A DNA stretch of 58,614 nucleotides, taken from the IMG/VR virus record IMGVR_UViG_3300032305_000642, positions 1 through 58,614 of that record; one strand, written 5' to 3'. The notes beneath the pieces were generated by a model. The model made no database searches, was not told where the DNA came from, and saw nothing but the letters and a program-made list of their open reading frames with translations. The stretch is from a virus. Lineage: Duplodnaviria > Caudoviricetes. Position numbers and translations under genes: made by a program. Shown in pieces: positions 45,905 to 55,276 of the stretch. The first letter of the stretch is position 1. Every line of letters starts with the position of its first letter.

Positions 45905-48358
45905 ATGAGCATTGAAAAATCGCTATACCAAGCTCCTGCAGGGCTTGACGCACTAGACCAAGAACCAGATATTGAGATCGAAGTTGAAGATCCAGAAGCG
46001 CTACGTGTTAGCGTTGAAGGCGAAGAGATTTTAGATTTTGAAGCTGGAGAAAACGACGAAGAGTTCAATGAAAACTTGGCTGAGGTTCTTCCTCCGTCTA
46101 TTGTTCAACAAATTGCTGCTGATCTAGCCGATGATATTGATAACGATCTGTCTTCTCGCAAAGACTGGGAGACGATGTATAAGGATGGTATTACGTTACT
46201 AGGCTTGAAGTTTGAAGAAAGAACCGAGCCATGGGATGGTGCATGTGGTGTGTTTCACCCGATGATTACTGAAGCAGTTGTTCGCTTTCAGTCTGATACC
46301 ATCATGGAAACGTTCCCAGCACAAGGCCCTTGCCGAACCAAGATTGTTGGTAAAGAAACGCCAGAGAAGAAAGAGTCTGCTCAGCGTGTCGAAGAGGACA
46401 TGAACTACAACCTGACAGAGAAGATGCCTGAGTACCGCACTGAGCATGAGAAGATGCTTTGGAACTTACCAAGTGCCGGCTCAGCGTTTAAAAAGGTGTA
46501 TTACGACCCAAGTCTTGGACGTCAAGTAGCTATGTTTGTACCGGCTGAAGATGTCATATTGCCGTACGGCATCTCCGAAATTAATACTTGCCACCGCATT
46601 ACCCACGTGATGCGCAAAACCAAGAACGACCTCTTAAAGTTAATGAATGCTGGGTTTTATGCTGACACTGAGTTAGGCGATCCAGAGAAATTTACTAGTG
46701 ACATCCAAGAGAAGAAAGACAAAGAGACTGGCTTTTCAGCTAGTTACGACGATCGCTTTGAGATGTACGAGTCACACGTTGACTTGGATATTGAAGGTTT
46801 TGAAGATAAAGACGAGGACGGCGAGCCTACAGGTATTGCGCTTCCGTACGTAGTCACAATGATTCGCGGTACTAACGAAGTATTAGCTATTCGCCGCAAC
46901 TGGAAAGAAGAAGACCCGCTCAAACTTAAGCGCCGTCACTTTGTTCATTATCAATACATCCCAGGATACGGTGCTTATGGTTTCGGTTTATTCCATCTTA
47001 TTGGCGGTTATGCTAAGTCTGCTACTTCCATCATGCGTCAACTCGTGGACGCCGGAACCCTCTCCAACTTGCCCGGCGGTCTCAAAGCCAGGGGCTTGCG
47101 TATTAAGGGCGACGATACCCCAATCGCTCCAGGTGAATTCCGTGACGTAGATTTAGGTTCTGGAAATATCAGAGACAACATCTTGCCGTTGCCGTACAAA
47201 GAGCCTTCAATGGTTCTGTCTGGCTTGATGGATAAGATTGTTGAAGAAGGCCGTCGTTTTGCCGCAACATCTGATATGAAGATTGCCGATATGTCTGGCA
47301 ACGCTCCTGTTGGAACAACGCTGGCTATTTTGGAAAGAACGCTCAAGGTAATGAGTGCGGTACAAGCCCGTGTTCACTTTGCCCTTAAGCAAGAACTTCA
47401 ACTTTTGGCTGGCATCATCCGTGACTACACTGATCCTGATTACACATATCAGCCAGAAGAAGGTGGACCAAACGCTAAGAAGTCTGACTACAGCGATGTT
47501 GAAGTTATTCCTGTATCTGACCCCAACGCAGCCACTCTTTCCCAGCGAGTTGTCCAGTACCAAGCTGTTATTCAGTTGGCACAGATGGCGCCTCAGATTT
47601 ACAACCTACCTATGTTGCACCGTCAGATGCTAGACGTGTTGGGTATCAAGCATGCCGATAAGCTCGTGCCGCTCGAGGATGACCAGAAGCCAACCGACCC
47701 AGTTACAGAGAACCAGAACGTGCTCCGAGGCAAACCCGTCAAAGCGTTTGCGTACCAAGACCACGAGTCACACATCAAGGTTCACCAGATGGCTATGACG
47801 GACCCCGTTATTCAGCAACTCATTGGTCAGAACCCACAAGCTCAGGTATTACAAGCAGCGATGCAGTCACATATCGCTGAGCACGTTGGCTATGCCTACA
47901 GAAACAAGATCGAGTTGGCTCTTGGTGTTGCATTGCCGGGCGCAGATGATGAGTTACCTCCAGCTTTGGAAAAAGAGATCAGCCGCCTTATGGCAGAAGC
48001 CGCACCACAAGTATTGGCAGAGTCACAAGCGATGGTTGCTCAACAGCAAGCTCAACAAAACGCACAAGATCCAGTCTTACAACTGCAGATGCAAGAACTC
48101 CAGCTCAAAGACAAAGAAGTCGAGATCAAGGAGAAGAAGCTTATTGCCGACGCTACAGCCAAGGCAGACGAGCTCAAGCTCAAGGAAGCAGAAATTACTT
48201 CACGCGAGCGCATTGCAGGCATGAACGCACAGATCAAAGTGGCACAAGACGACAAAAATCGTTCTGCCAAAGAGAAGGAATTCACTGTATCTACTGGGGT
48301 AGATATGGCGTTTAAGCGTTCCCAGATGAACAAAAAAGATAAAAACACAGGGGAGTAA
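45905..48358 (+). CDS. Portal protein
   Basis: 817 aa after TerL; GSAFKKVYYD, YGFGL, APVGTT, C-terminal coiled coil. Confidence 0.88.
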   Translation: MSIEKSLYQAPAGLDALDQEPDIEIEVEDPEALRVSVEGEEILDFEAGENDEEFNENLAEVLPPSIVQQIAADLADDIDNDLSSRKDWETMYKDGITLLGLKFEERTEPWDGACGVFHPMITEAVVRFQSDTIMETFPAQGPCRTKIVGKETPEKKESAQRVEEDMNYNLTEKMPEYRTEHEKMLWNLPSAGSAFKKVYYDPSLGRQVAMFVPAEDVILPYGISEINTCHRITHVMRKTKNDLLKLMNAGFYADTELGDPEKFTSDIQEKKDKETGFSASYDDRFEMYESHVDLDIEGFEDKDEDGEPTGIALPYVVTMIRGTNEVLAIRRNWKEEDPLKLKRRHFVHYQYIPGYGAYGFGLFHLIGGYAKSATSIMRQLVDAGTLSNLPGGLKARGLRIKGDDTPIAPGEFRDVDLGSGNIRDNILPLPYKEPSMVLSGLMDKIVEEGRRFAATSDMKIADMSGNAPVGTTLAILERTLKVMSAVQARVHFALKQELQLLAGIIRDYTDPDYTYQPEEGGPNAKKSDYSDVEVIPVSDPNAATLSQRVVQYQAVIQLAQMAPQIYNLPMLHRQMLDVLGIKHADKLVPLEDDQKPTDPVTENQNVLRGKPVKAFAYQDHESHIKVHQMAMTDPVIQQLIGQNPQAQVLQAAMQSHIAEHVGYAYRNKIELALGVALPGADDELPPALEKEISRLMAEAAPQVLAESQAMVAQQQAQQNAQDPVLQLQMQELQLKDKEVEIKEKKLIADATAKADELKLKEAEITSRERIAGMNAQIKVAQDDKNRSAKEKEFTVSTGVDMAFKRSQMNKKDKNTGE

Positions 48359-48361
48359 TAG

Positions 48362-48568
48362 ATGGACATTCAAACGATGAGCGTATTTCAGGCACTGCGC
48401 GACAAGCTCCGCGCAGACATGAACAATTTCACTGATGACTTGGCAAATGGTCAGTGCACAAGCTTTGAGCAGTACAAAGAGCTCTGCGGGGTGATTCGAG
48501 GTCTAGCCTATGCAGAGCGCCACTTAATTGACCTCGCTGAGAACGTAGAAAGAGAACTCGATGAGTGA
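48362..48568 (+). CDS. Small head-module protein
   Basis: YKELCGVIRGL motif; RBS. Confidence 0.7.
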   Translation: MDIQTMSVFQALRDKLRADMNNFTDDLANGQCTSFEQYKELCGVIRGLAYAERHLIDLAENVERELDE

Positions 48569-49001
48569 AACCATCGCAATGCCGGATAGCGGTTTAATTC
48601 TTCCACCTGGAGTTGTTGCAGCAATGGCAATCCCAAAAGTGGATGAAGAGTATGAAACAGCCGAGCAAAAGGCTACATCATTACCTGACCCAAAAGGTTG
48701 GAGAATTTTGTGTGCCCTAGTTGAGGTTGGCGATAAGTATGAAAGTGGGATTATCAAAGACTCAAAGACAATCAAAACCGAGGAGTTAACCTCCCCTGTA
48801 CTGTTTGTCGTAAAAGTCGGGCCCACAGCCTATGACGCGGAGAAGTTCCCAGAAGGTCCGTGGTGTGCGGAAGGCGACTTTGTAATAACACGTCCATATA
48901 CCGGGACGCGCATCATGATTCACGGTAAAGAGTTTCGCTTGATTAATGACGATCAGGTTGAAGCAACAGTCGAAGACCCACGCGGCATCGCACGCGTTTA
49001 A
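48561..49001 (+). CDS. GroES/Cpn10-like co-chaperonin
   Basis: PKGWRIL, SGII, VGPTAY, GDFV, YTGT, RLINDD. Confidence 0.8.
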   Translation: MSETIAMPDSGLILPPGVVAAMAIPKVDEEYETAEQKATSLPDPKGWRILCALVEVGDKYESGIIKDSKTIKTEELTSPVLFVVKVGPTAYDAEKFPEGPWCAEGDFVITRPYTGTRIMIHGKEFRLINDDQVEATVEDPRGIARV

Positions 49002-49013
49002 TAGGAGATAGTT

Positions 49014-49982
49014 ATGGCTAACGATGACTACAAGTTTCCCCATGAAGTAGAAGAAGAGTCTAAGGGTAAACCCGAAGAAGACTTTGAGATTGATATTGAC
49101 GCCGAAGATGACGTTGCTTTTGAAATCGAAGACGATACACCGTTGCGTGACCGCAACGCTAAGCCCCTTGATAAAGAAATTGAAGACCCTTCTGACGAAG
49201 AAATCGAAAACTACACTCAAGGTGCTCAGAATAGAATTAAGCAACTAACCCACGCAAGGCATGACGAAAGACGCGCCAAAGAAGAAGCACAGCGTGAGAA
49301 ACAAGAGCTCGAGCGTATGACTCAAGCTATCTTGGAAGAGAACCGCAAGCTCAAAGAGTACGTAAAAACAGGTGAAGCCACCTATGTAGAAACCTTACAA
49401 GCTAAGGCCGAAGCAGAGATGGAAATGGCACGTCGCAAATACAAAGAAGCACAAGAGTCTTATGACTCCGATGCGATGTTAGATGCGCAAGAATCTTTGA
49501 CAGATGCCAAGATGAAATTGGAAGCTGCAAAAAATTTCAAGCCAACCTCTTTACAAAATGAAATAAATGATGTACAAACGTATCAACAGGCTCCCGAAGC
49601 TCCTAAACTTGATGACAAAACCTTGCGCTGGCAAGCCAAAAACCAGTGGTTTGGAACTCCGGGATACGAAGAAGTTACGGCTTTTGCACTAGGGCTGCAC
49701 CAAAAACTAGTTGCTACCGGGGTTGACCCTCGCTCTGATGAATACTTCGATCGTGTTGACGGTCGCTTAAAACAGGTGTTTCCTGAGTTACTCGGGGGGT
49801 CTGAATCTGCTCCTAAAAGAACAGACCAATCTAAGAAACCTGCAACGGTAGTGGCTTCGGCATCTCGCTCTAGCGGGGCAAAGAAAATAGTCAAACTAAC
49901 TACAACCCAACAAAGGTTGGCAGAGAAATTTGGCTTATCCCACAAACAGTATGCACAAGAAGTTCTTAAATTGGAGATCTAA
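49014..49982 (+). CDS. Putative capsid scaffolding protein
   Basis: Acidic N-terminus, coiled coil, NQWFG, C-terminal helix-loop-helix. Confidence 0.7.
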   Translation: MANDDYKFPHEVEEESKGKPEEDFEIDIDAEDDVAFEIEDDTPLRDRNAKPLDKEIEDPSDEEIENYTQGAQNRIKQLTHARHDERRAKEEAQREKQELERMTQAILEENRKLKEYVKTGEATYVETLQAKAEAEMEMARRKYKEAQESYDSDAMLDAQESLTDAKMKLEAAKNFKPTSLQNEINDVQTYQQAPEAPKLDDKTLRWQAKNQWFGTPGYEEVTAFALGLHQKLVATGVDPRSDEYFDRVDGRLKQVFPELLGGSESAPKRTDQSKKPATVVASASRSSGAKKIVKLTTTQQRLAEKFGLSHKQYAQEVLKLEI

Positions 49983-49984
49983 AA

Positions 49985-50431
49985 ATGGCTAATAACCGCA
50001 CACCTCGTGATCAAGAATCACGCGAAAAAAACCCAACTCGTTATGTTTACAAACCAGCGAGCTCTTTACCAGATCCAACACCCGACCCAGATTATGATTT
50101 TTATTGGGTAGCAACAGCGATCGCAGGACAGGATAACGCCACAAACGTTTCCCAAAAGTTCCGTGATGGATGGGTTCCGGTAAAAGCAGTAGACCACCCT
50201 GAATTGCAGATTCAAGCGAATAAAGACGGCAACGTTGAAATTGGCGGATTGCTTTTATGCAAGAAACCAAAAGAAATGGCTGATGCCCGTCGTGAGTATT
50301 ATGAGCAAAAAGCCCGCAACCAGATGGACTCTGTTGATAATAGTTTTATGCGTAACAGTGATGCCCGCATGCCTTTGTTTAGTGATCGCAAGAGCACAAC
50401 AACTAAAGGTAGTGGATTTGGTAGTAAATAA
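49985..50431 (+). CDS. Conserved head-module protein
   Basis: DGWVPV, IGGLLLCK. Confidence 0.65.
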   Translation: MANNRTPRDQESREKNPTRYVYKPASSLPDPTPDPDYDFYWVATAIAGQDNATNVSQKFRDGWVPVKAVDHPELQIQANKDGNVEIGGLLLCKKPKEMADARREYYEQKARNQMDSVDNSFMRNSDARMPLFSDRKSTTTKGSGFGSK

Positions 50432-50452
50432 CTTAACTTTTAGGAGATTTAA

Positions 50453-51079
50453 ATGGCTTATCCAACCGTTGATGCTCCCTATGGCCTAGTGCCGATTAAC
50501 CGTATTGACTTCATGCCATATGCTGGCGCGACACGTCAATTGCCAATTGCTAGTACTTATAACACTGCAATTTACGACGGTGACATCGTTTTGGTCACAG
50601 GTGGTAGTATTAGAAAATCCGCTGTAACTAGCGACGCAACTACAGACCAAGCTAACAATGCAACTTATGGTGTATTTGTTGGTGTTCAGTATGTAAATTC
50701 ACAAGGTCAAACTGTTCAAGCTCAGTATTACCCAGGTAATGCCGCAGCTAGTTCAGCCATCGCCTATATTGTTGATGATTCACAAGCAGCATTTAAAGTA
50801 GCTGTTACCTTCTCTGGTAATGCAACTATTACTACTGCTAATGCTTCTGTCGTTGGCACAAACTTGCAAATCCGCCAAGGTACTGGCTCATCTACTACAG
50901 GTAATTCCGGTGTATCCGTTGTTGCCCCTGTAGCAGGTACTGGTAACGCAGCAGCATTGCCTGTTCGTGCAGTAGCAGTAATTCCAGAAACAGCCTCAGG
51001 TAATAATGCCTTCACTGAAGTAGTTGTGAAGTTGAACAACCCACAAATCTTGCGCACTACCGGCAACGATTACGTATAA
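50453..51079 (+). CDS. Putative capsid decoration/minor capsid protein
   Basis: Beta-rich Gly/Thr/Ala protein directly upstream of the MCP. Confidence 0.6.
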   Translation: MAYPTVDAPYGLVPINRIDFMPYAGATRQLPIASTYNTAIYDGDIVLVTGGSIRKSAVTSDATTDQANNATYGVFVGVQYVNSQGQTVQAQYYPGNAAASSAIAYIVDDSQAAFKVAVTFSGNATITTANASVVGTNLQIRQGTGSSTTGNSGVSVVAPVAGTGNAAALPVRAVAVIPETASGNNAFTEVVVKLNNPQILRTTGNDYV

Positions 51080-51091
51080 GGAGCTACTTAA

Positions 51092-52000
51092 ATGGCTATT
51101 TCACGCGCACAACTATTGAAAGAGTTGCTCCCAGGTTTAAATGCTTTGTTCGGACTTGAATATAAGCGCTACGGCGAAGAGCACCGCGAGATCTACGAAA
51201 CAGAGAAATCTGAGCGTAGCTTCGAAGAAGAGACAAAGTTGTCTGGTTTCTCTGCTGCACCTGTTAAGAACGAGGGCTCAGCCATCGCTTACGACAATGC
51301 ACAAGAAGCTTTCACAGCTCGTTACAACCACGAAACCATTGCTTTAGGTTTCTCAATCACTGAAGAAGCGATTGAAGATAACTTGTATGACAGCCTCTCC
51401 GGTCGTTATACAAAAGCGTTGGCTCGTGCAATGGCATACACCAAGCAAGTTAAAGCTGCTTCTGTATTGAACAACGGTTTTACAACCGGCTACAACGGCG
51501 GCGATGGCGTTCCACTGTTCTCTACTCAGCATCCTTTAGTTTCTGGTGGCGTTAACAGCAACCGTCCTACTACAGCTTCTGACTTGAACGAAACTTCATT
51601 GGAAAATGCAGTTATTCAAATCGCTGCTTGGACAGACGAGCGTGGTCTTTTGATCGCCGCTATGCCACGTAAGTTAGTTATTCCACCAGCATTGCAATTC
51701 GTTGCAACACGCTTGTTGGAAACTAACTTGCGCGTAGGTACAAACGACAACGACATCAACGCATTGAAAAACAACGGTTCAATCCCAGAAGGTTATGCAA
51801 TTAACCACTACTTGACCGACACAAATGCTTGGTTCTTGACAACTGACGTACCTAACGGCATGAAGCACTTTGAGCGTATGCCTTTGGCTAACAACATGGA
51901 CGGCGACTTTGATACTGGTAACGTACGTTACAAGTCTCGTGAGCGTTATTCATTCGGTTGGTCTGATCCACTCGGAATGTTTGGATCACCTGGCGCTTAA
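51092..52000 (+). CDS. Major capsid protein
   Basis: AISRAQLLKELLPGLNALFG, ITEEAIEDNLY, GDGVPLFS, RERYSFGWSD; strong codon bias; terminator follows. Confidence 0.9.
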   Translation: MAISRAQLLKELLPGLNALFGLEYKRYGEEHREIYETEKSERSFEEETKLSGFSAAPVKNEGSAIAYDNAQEAFTARYNHETIALGFSITEEAIEDNLYDSLSGRYTKALARAMAYTKQVKAASVLNNGFTTGYNGGDGVPLFSTQHPLVSGGVNSNRPTTASDLNETSLENAVIQIAAWTDERGLLIAAMPRKLVIPPALQFVATRLLETNLRVGTNDNDINALKNNGSIPEGYAINHYLTDTNAWFLTTDVPNGMKHFERMPLANNMDGDFDTGNVRYKSRERYSFGWSDPLGMFGSPGA

Positions 52001-52022
52001 TTAAGCCCTGCGTAGTACTAAG

Positions 52023-52046
52023 ACCCCGCTCACAAGGCGGGGTTTT
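52023..52046 (+). terminator. Intrinsic terminator after the MCP
   Basis: ACCCCGC-7nt-GCGGGGT-TTTT. Confidence 0.8.
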
Positions 52047-52383
52047 TCTTTTCTTCGTAATGATGGATTCTGTGGCAGTTAGCGCATAGAACTATGCACT
52101 TTTTAATTTCTTCGTAGGCTTTGGTAAACCGCCCGTTACCAACAAGTTTATGTATGTTGTATTCTTTTTCTGACGGGTCTTCATGGTGAAAGTCTAATGC
52201 TGCTGAATGAGCAAACCCACACTTAGCACAACTTAAAGTTGTCTTAAACTCGTCCCATACTTTTTTATGTACTGCTCTATTGCGTTTATTTGCAGCAATA
52301 ATTTTATCTTTGTATTTTAAATAGTGCTTACGGCTTTGCTCTTTGTGGTACGCTTTTTTCTCGCTCGGGTCTTTACGGGGCAT
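52030..52383 (-). CDS. HNH endonuclease-like protein
   Basis: CAKC, LDFHH, LCANCHRIHH. Confidence 0.8.
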   Translation of the reverse strand: MPRKDPSEKKAYHKEQSRKHYLKYKDKIIAANKRNRAVHKKVWDEFKTTLSCAKCGFAHSAALDFHHEDPSEKEYNIHKLVGNGRFTKAYEEIKKCIVLCANCHRIHHYEEKKNPAL

Positions 52384-52810
52384 TTTTATCCTCTAAAGGA
52401 TATGTTTTAATTGGACCGCTGCTATTAGCGTCTACATTACAAGCCCATTCAACCGCTTTTTCTGCCGTTAAACCCATACGCATACACACTTCGGCTGCCA
52501 TAGCCCCAGAACCAATAGCCATAAAGGTTCGTACCCGTTCCCATTCAAGATCATCACCGCAAGAAAATAAACCTTCTTTGGTTAATTTAAGGAATGAGCT
52601 GTCTGACTTTAACTTTGGTTTTGTCTTGGTTTTTTTGTTTAAATAATCCAAAACTTTTTCTGCGTCAACGTAGTTACCTGCAACGCCTATCCAACCACCA
52701 TCAATAGCAAACACCTTCTCTTCAAAGTATTTGATACCTGAATCAGTATCAGTAAACTGGCTATCTGCCACCAGCACTTTAGTAGTCCAATCACCAACAA
52801 TAGTAGTCAT
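52373..52810 (-). CDS. Ntn-hydrolase, HslV/proteasome-beta-like peptidase (start reassigned to MTTIVG)
   Basis: N-terminal Thr, ADSQ, K in FEEK, GVAG, AIGSG. Confidence 0.75.
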   Translation of the reverse strand: MTTIVGDWTTKVLVADSQFTDTDSGIKYFEEKVFAIDGGWIGVAGNYVDAEKVLDYLNKKTKTKPKLKSDSSFLKLTKEGLFSCGDDLEWERVRTFMAIGSGAMAAEVCMRMGLTAEKAVEWACNVDANSSGPIKTYPLEDKNAP

Positions 52811-52953
52811 TTGGTTGCCATTAAGTAAAGACCTACGTTTCCAAAAGCGTAGCCAGCATAACATATCGCCATACCTATGTTGCCTTTGTAGCCTTGTTCA
52901 GCAGCTATGTAGGTGTAGATTACACCTGTAACAATAATAAGCCAAGAACTCAT
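52807..52953 (-). CDS. 48-aa two-TM peptide
   Basis: MSSWLIIVTGVIYTYIAAEQGYKGNIGMAICYAGYAFGNVGLYLMATK; GGAGG RBS; ATGA overlap. Confidence 0.7.
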   Translation of the reverse strand: MSSWLIIVTGVIYTYIAAEQGYKGNIGMAICYAGYAFGNVGLYLMATK

Positions 52954-53050
52954 ATACCCTCCAAGGTGGTGGGTAGGTTGTTTAGTTACGCTACCTAGAT
53001 CTGCTTGTACTTAGCAGTCTCAACCCCCCATAAATATTTTACCAAAATCC

Positions 53051-53078
53051 TTGCACAAATAAGAAAATGTAGTAAGAT
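53051..53078 (+). promoter_or_regulatory. sigma70 promoter, back-to-back with a minus-strand extended -10 (TGGTAAAAT)
   Basis: TTGCAC-16bp-TAAGAT. Confidence 0.6.
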
Positions 53079-53086
53079 TGTAGAAA

Positions 53087-53153
53087 CTGGGTGAATGGTC
53101 TATCAAACTGCCCCAGCAGACGCATACACGATTGGTAGACTGAACTTTGTATG
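53087..53153 (+). ncRNA. Structured leader with interlocking stems (chained pseudoknot)
   Basis: CTGGG/CCCAG, GTCTATCAA/TTGGTAGAC, CATACA/TGTATG. Confidence 0.55.
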
Positions 53154-53167
53154 AAGGACAATTTAAA

Positions 53168-53677
53168 ATGACTTTAGCTACTACCTCATCCGTATGGCGA
53201 TCAACTGGTGGCGACCAAACTCGTACAGCTTATGCTGGCTCGATGGACATGGTTGCTCAGTTTTACATCGCTAATACATCATCTACAACCGCAAACGTAG
53301 TAGTTTCATCTACTAACAACGCTGTTGTGATTCTGCCAGCTAACGCTGTTGTATTGACTGTTAACATCACTAACCCATCTACAGGCGCTAACTCTACAGC
53401 TAACGTAGGGTTTACCCCACTAATCGGCGTAGGTCCTGGTCAAACAGGCACTTTAGGTACAAACGTTCCTAACGCTTTTGTAAACAACGCTAACGTAACT
53501 ACTCGTCAAGCTATCCAAATCGGTGGTACAGGCGGTGGTACTCAGTTAGGCAACGTTGCTAATGCAACTAACTTAATCGTTGTTACATCTGCGATTGGTA
53601 CTGCTGGCGCTGTTGGTGGTCCTGTAACTGGATCTATTCGTTACTACGTAGCAGACAATGGTCAGCAAAACGTCTAA
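53168..53677 (+). CDS. Beta-rich virion protein (start reassigned to MTLATT)
   Basis: AAGGA RBS at 53154; ILPANAVV motif; Thr/Asn/Val-rich. Confidence 0.7.
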   Translation: MTLATTSSVWRSTGGDQTRTAYAGSMDMVAQFYIANTSSTTANVVVSSTNNAVVILPANAVVLTVNITNPSTGANSTANVGFTPLIGVGPGQTGTLGTNVPNAFVNNANVTTRQAIQIGGTGGGTQLGNVANATNLIVVTSAIGTAGAVGGPVTGSIRYYVADNGQQNV

Positions 53678-53724
53678 TTAATCAGGGGGTTACAGCCCCC
53701 ACTTAAATCTTTAGGAGATTAATT

Positions 53725-54246
53725 ATGATGCAAACTGACGTTAAATCGGCCCACGTATCGGTAACTGGATTTTTACTTCCAGATACTCGTACTCGTGTAA
53801 AACAAATTACGTACTCTGGTAATGCTGGACAAGCTGGCGCATTAATACTTTTTGATACAACAGTAACACCCACTACAGCTAGTTATTCCAAAACCGCTAA
53901 TGTTGTAACAGTTAGTTCTACAGCGCATGGTCTTTCTAATGGCGCTATAGTAGGCATTGGGTATGCAAGTGCTACAGGAAATTCAGCAACAGACGGAAAT
54001 TATGCTATTTCAAATGCTTTAGCCAACACTTTTAATATTACAGACATAAATACTACTAGTAACGTAAGTGGTGGTACAGCCTGTCACTATGTAAATAATG
54101 GAGGTAAATGGGTTACTTCTTTTGATACTTTAACTGGCGCTACTTCAGCACAGCAAATCGTTGTTCCAGGCGAAGGTGTTTTAGTTACTAATGGCCTGTA
54201 CGCTCAAATGACATCCATTAGCTTTGTAACTGTATTTTATGGCTAA
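53725..54246 (+). CDS. Beta-rich virion protein
   Basis: MQTDVKS start, AHGL insert domain, PGEGV...VTVFYG end. Confidence 0.7.
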   Translation: MMQTDVKSAHVSVTGFLLPDTRTRVKQITYSGNAGQAGALILFDTTVTPTTASYSKTANVVTVSSTAHGLSNGAIVGIGYASATGNSATDGNYAISNALANTFNITDINTTSNVSGGTACHYVNNGGKWVTSFDTLTGATSAQQIVVPGEGVLVTNGLYAQMTSISFVTVFYG

Positions 54247-54496
54247 GAAAAAAGGCCCCTCTCTCGCTGTTGGCAGAGGCGAAAAGCTCCCAGTGTCGAA
54301 AGGCGCTGGGCTTACTGCCAAAGGTCGTGCTAAGTACAATGCCGCTACAGGCTCTAATCTAAAGGCTCCACAGCCCGAAGGTGGCGCTCGTAAGAAGTCA
54401 TTCTGCGCACGTATGTCTGGTATGCCCGGTCCTATGAAAGATGAAAAAGGTCGTCCTACTCGTAAAGCTGCTTCTCTAGCAAGGTGGAAATGCTGA
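54239..54496 (+). CDS. Small basic protein
   Basis: GLTAKGRAKYN...KSFCARM...RWKC. Confidence 0.7.
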   Translation: MAKKKGPSLAVGRGEKLPVSKGAGLTAKGRAKYNAATGSNLKAPQPEGGARKKSFCARMSGMPGPMKDEKGRPTRKAASLARWKC

Positions 54497-54696
54497 TGAA
54501 AGATCCGTTTATGAATATGGACGAAGCAAGCAAACACATTATTGATTTTGCTTCTATTGCAACTGTACTAGGAACGTTGGCTGATATGTTACCCGCTGTC
54601 GCTGCAATATTTACCATAGTCTGGACGGCTATCCGCATTTACGAAACTAAGACAGTACAGGGTTGGATGGGTAAAAAAGATGCCATCAACAAGTAA
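54484..54696 (+). CDS. Small membrane protein
   Basis: LPAVAAIFTIVWTAIRIYET; start uncertain. Confidence 0.6.
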   Translation: MEMLMKDPFMNMDEASKHIIDFASIATVLGTLADMLPAVAAIFTIVWTAIRIYETKTVQGWMGKKDAINK

Positions 54697-54979
54697 AAAG
54701 CAACACAATTTTATGGCAGCAATTGCAAATAATCCAAAATTTGCTAAGAAAGTAGGAGTACCACAGTCCGTGGGTAAAGATTTTAACAACGCCGATAAAG
54801 GCAAAACTTTTAAAGAAGGTGGAACCATGAAAAAACCAAATCCGTTTATGGAAATGATTGCAAAGAAAAAAGAAACTGCCGGTAAAAAGCCAGCTATGAA
54901 AAGCGGCGGCAAAGCATGTGCCCCTAAGAAAATGGCAAGCGGCGGTGCAGCTAAGAAGAAAAGCGGAAAGGCTTGCTAA
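54680..54979 (+). CDS. Small Lys-rich protein with three xxxGG motifs
   Basis: PSTSKKQHNFMAA; FKEGG, MKSGG, MASGG. Confidence 0.7.
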   Translation: MPSTSKKQHNFMAAIANNPKFAKKVGVPQSVGKDFNNADKGKTFKEGGTMKKPNPFMEMIAKKKETAGKKPAMKSGGKACAPKKMASGGAAKKKSGKAC

Positions 54980-54980
54980 T

Positions 54981-55271
54981 ATGCCACTCAAACCCGTTGA
55001 CGCTGAAGAAAATCCAGGCTTAGGCAAGTTACCTACGGAAGTACGTAACAAGATGGGTTACATGAAAAAAGGTGGAAAAGTGAAACACGATGACATCAAA
55101 CAAGATATGCCGATGATGAAGAAAGTAGCTACGCAAGTAGTTAAAAGTCATGAGAAGCGTATGCACAAGATGGCTGGCGGCGGTGTAACTCGTGCTGACG
55201 GCTGTGTAACTAAAGGTCACACTAAAGGTAAGATGATTACCATGGGTGGCAGTGGTATGACTAAAGGATAA
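54981..55271 (+). CDS. Small Lys-rich protein (start reassigned to MPLKPVD)
   Basis: MKKGG, MAGGG, RADGCVTKGHTKG. Confidence 0.7.
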   Translation: MPLKPVDAEENPGLGKLPTEVRNKMGYMKKGGKVKHDDIKQDMPMMKKVATQVVKSHEKRMHKMAGGGVTRADGCVTKGHTKGKMITMGGSGMTKG

Positions 55272-55276
55272 TTAAG

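Noticed and set aside
53087-53153. HDV-like or hammerhead ribozyme
   Set aside because: P1/P2 crossing resembles HDV but there is no room for P3/L3; no CUGAUGA/GAAA core
53456-53470. Seventh palindrome copy (also encodes GTNVP)
   Set aside because: GGTACAAACGTTCCT has several mismatches that break the symmetry; likely coincidence in a Thr/Asn/Val-rich protein
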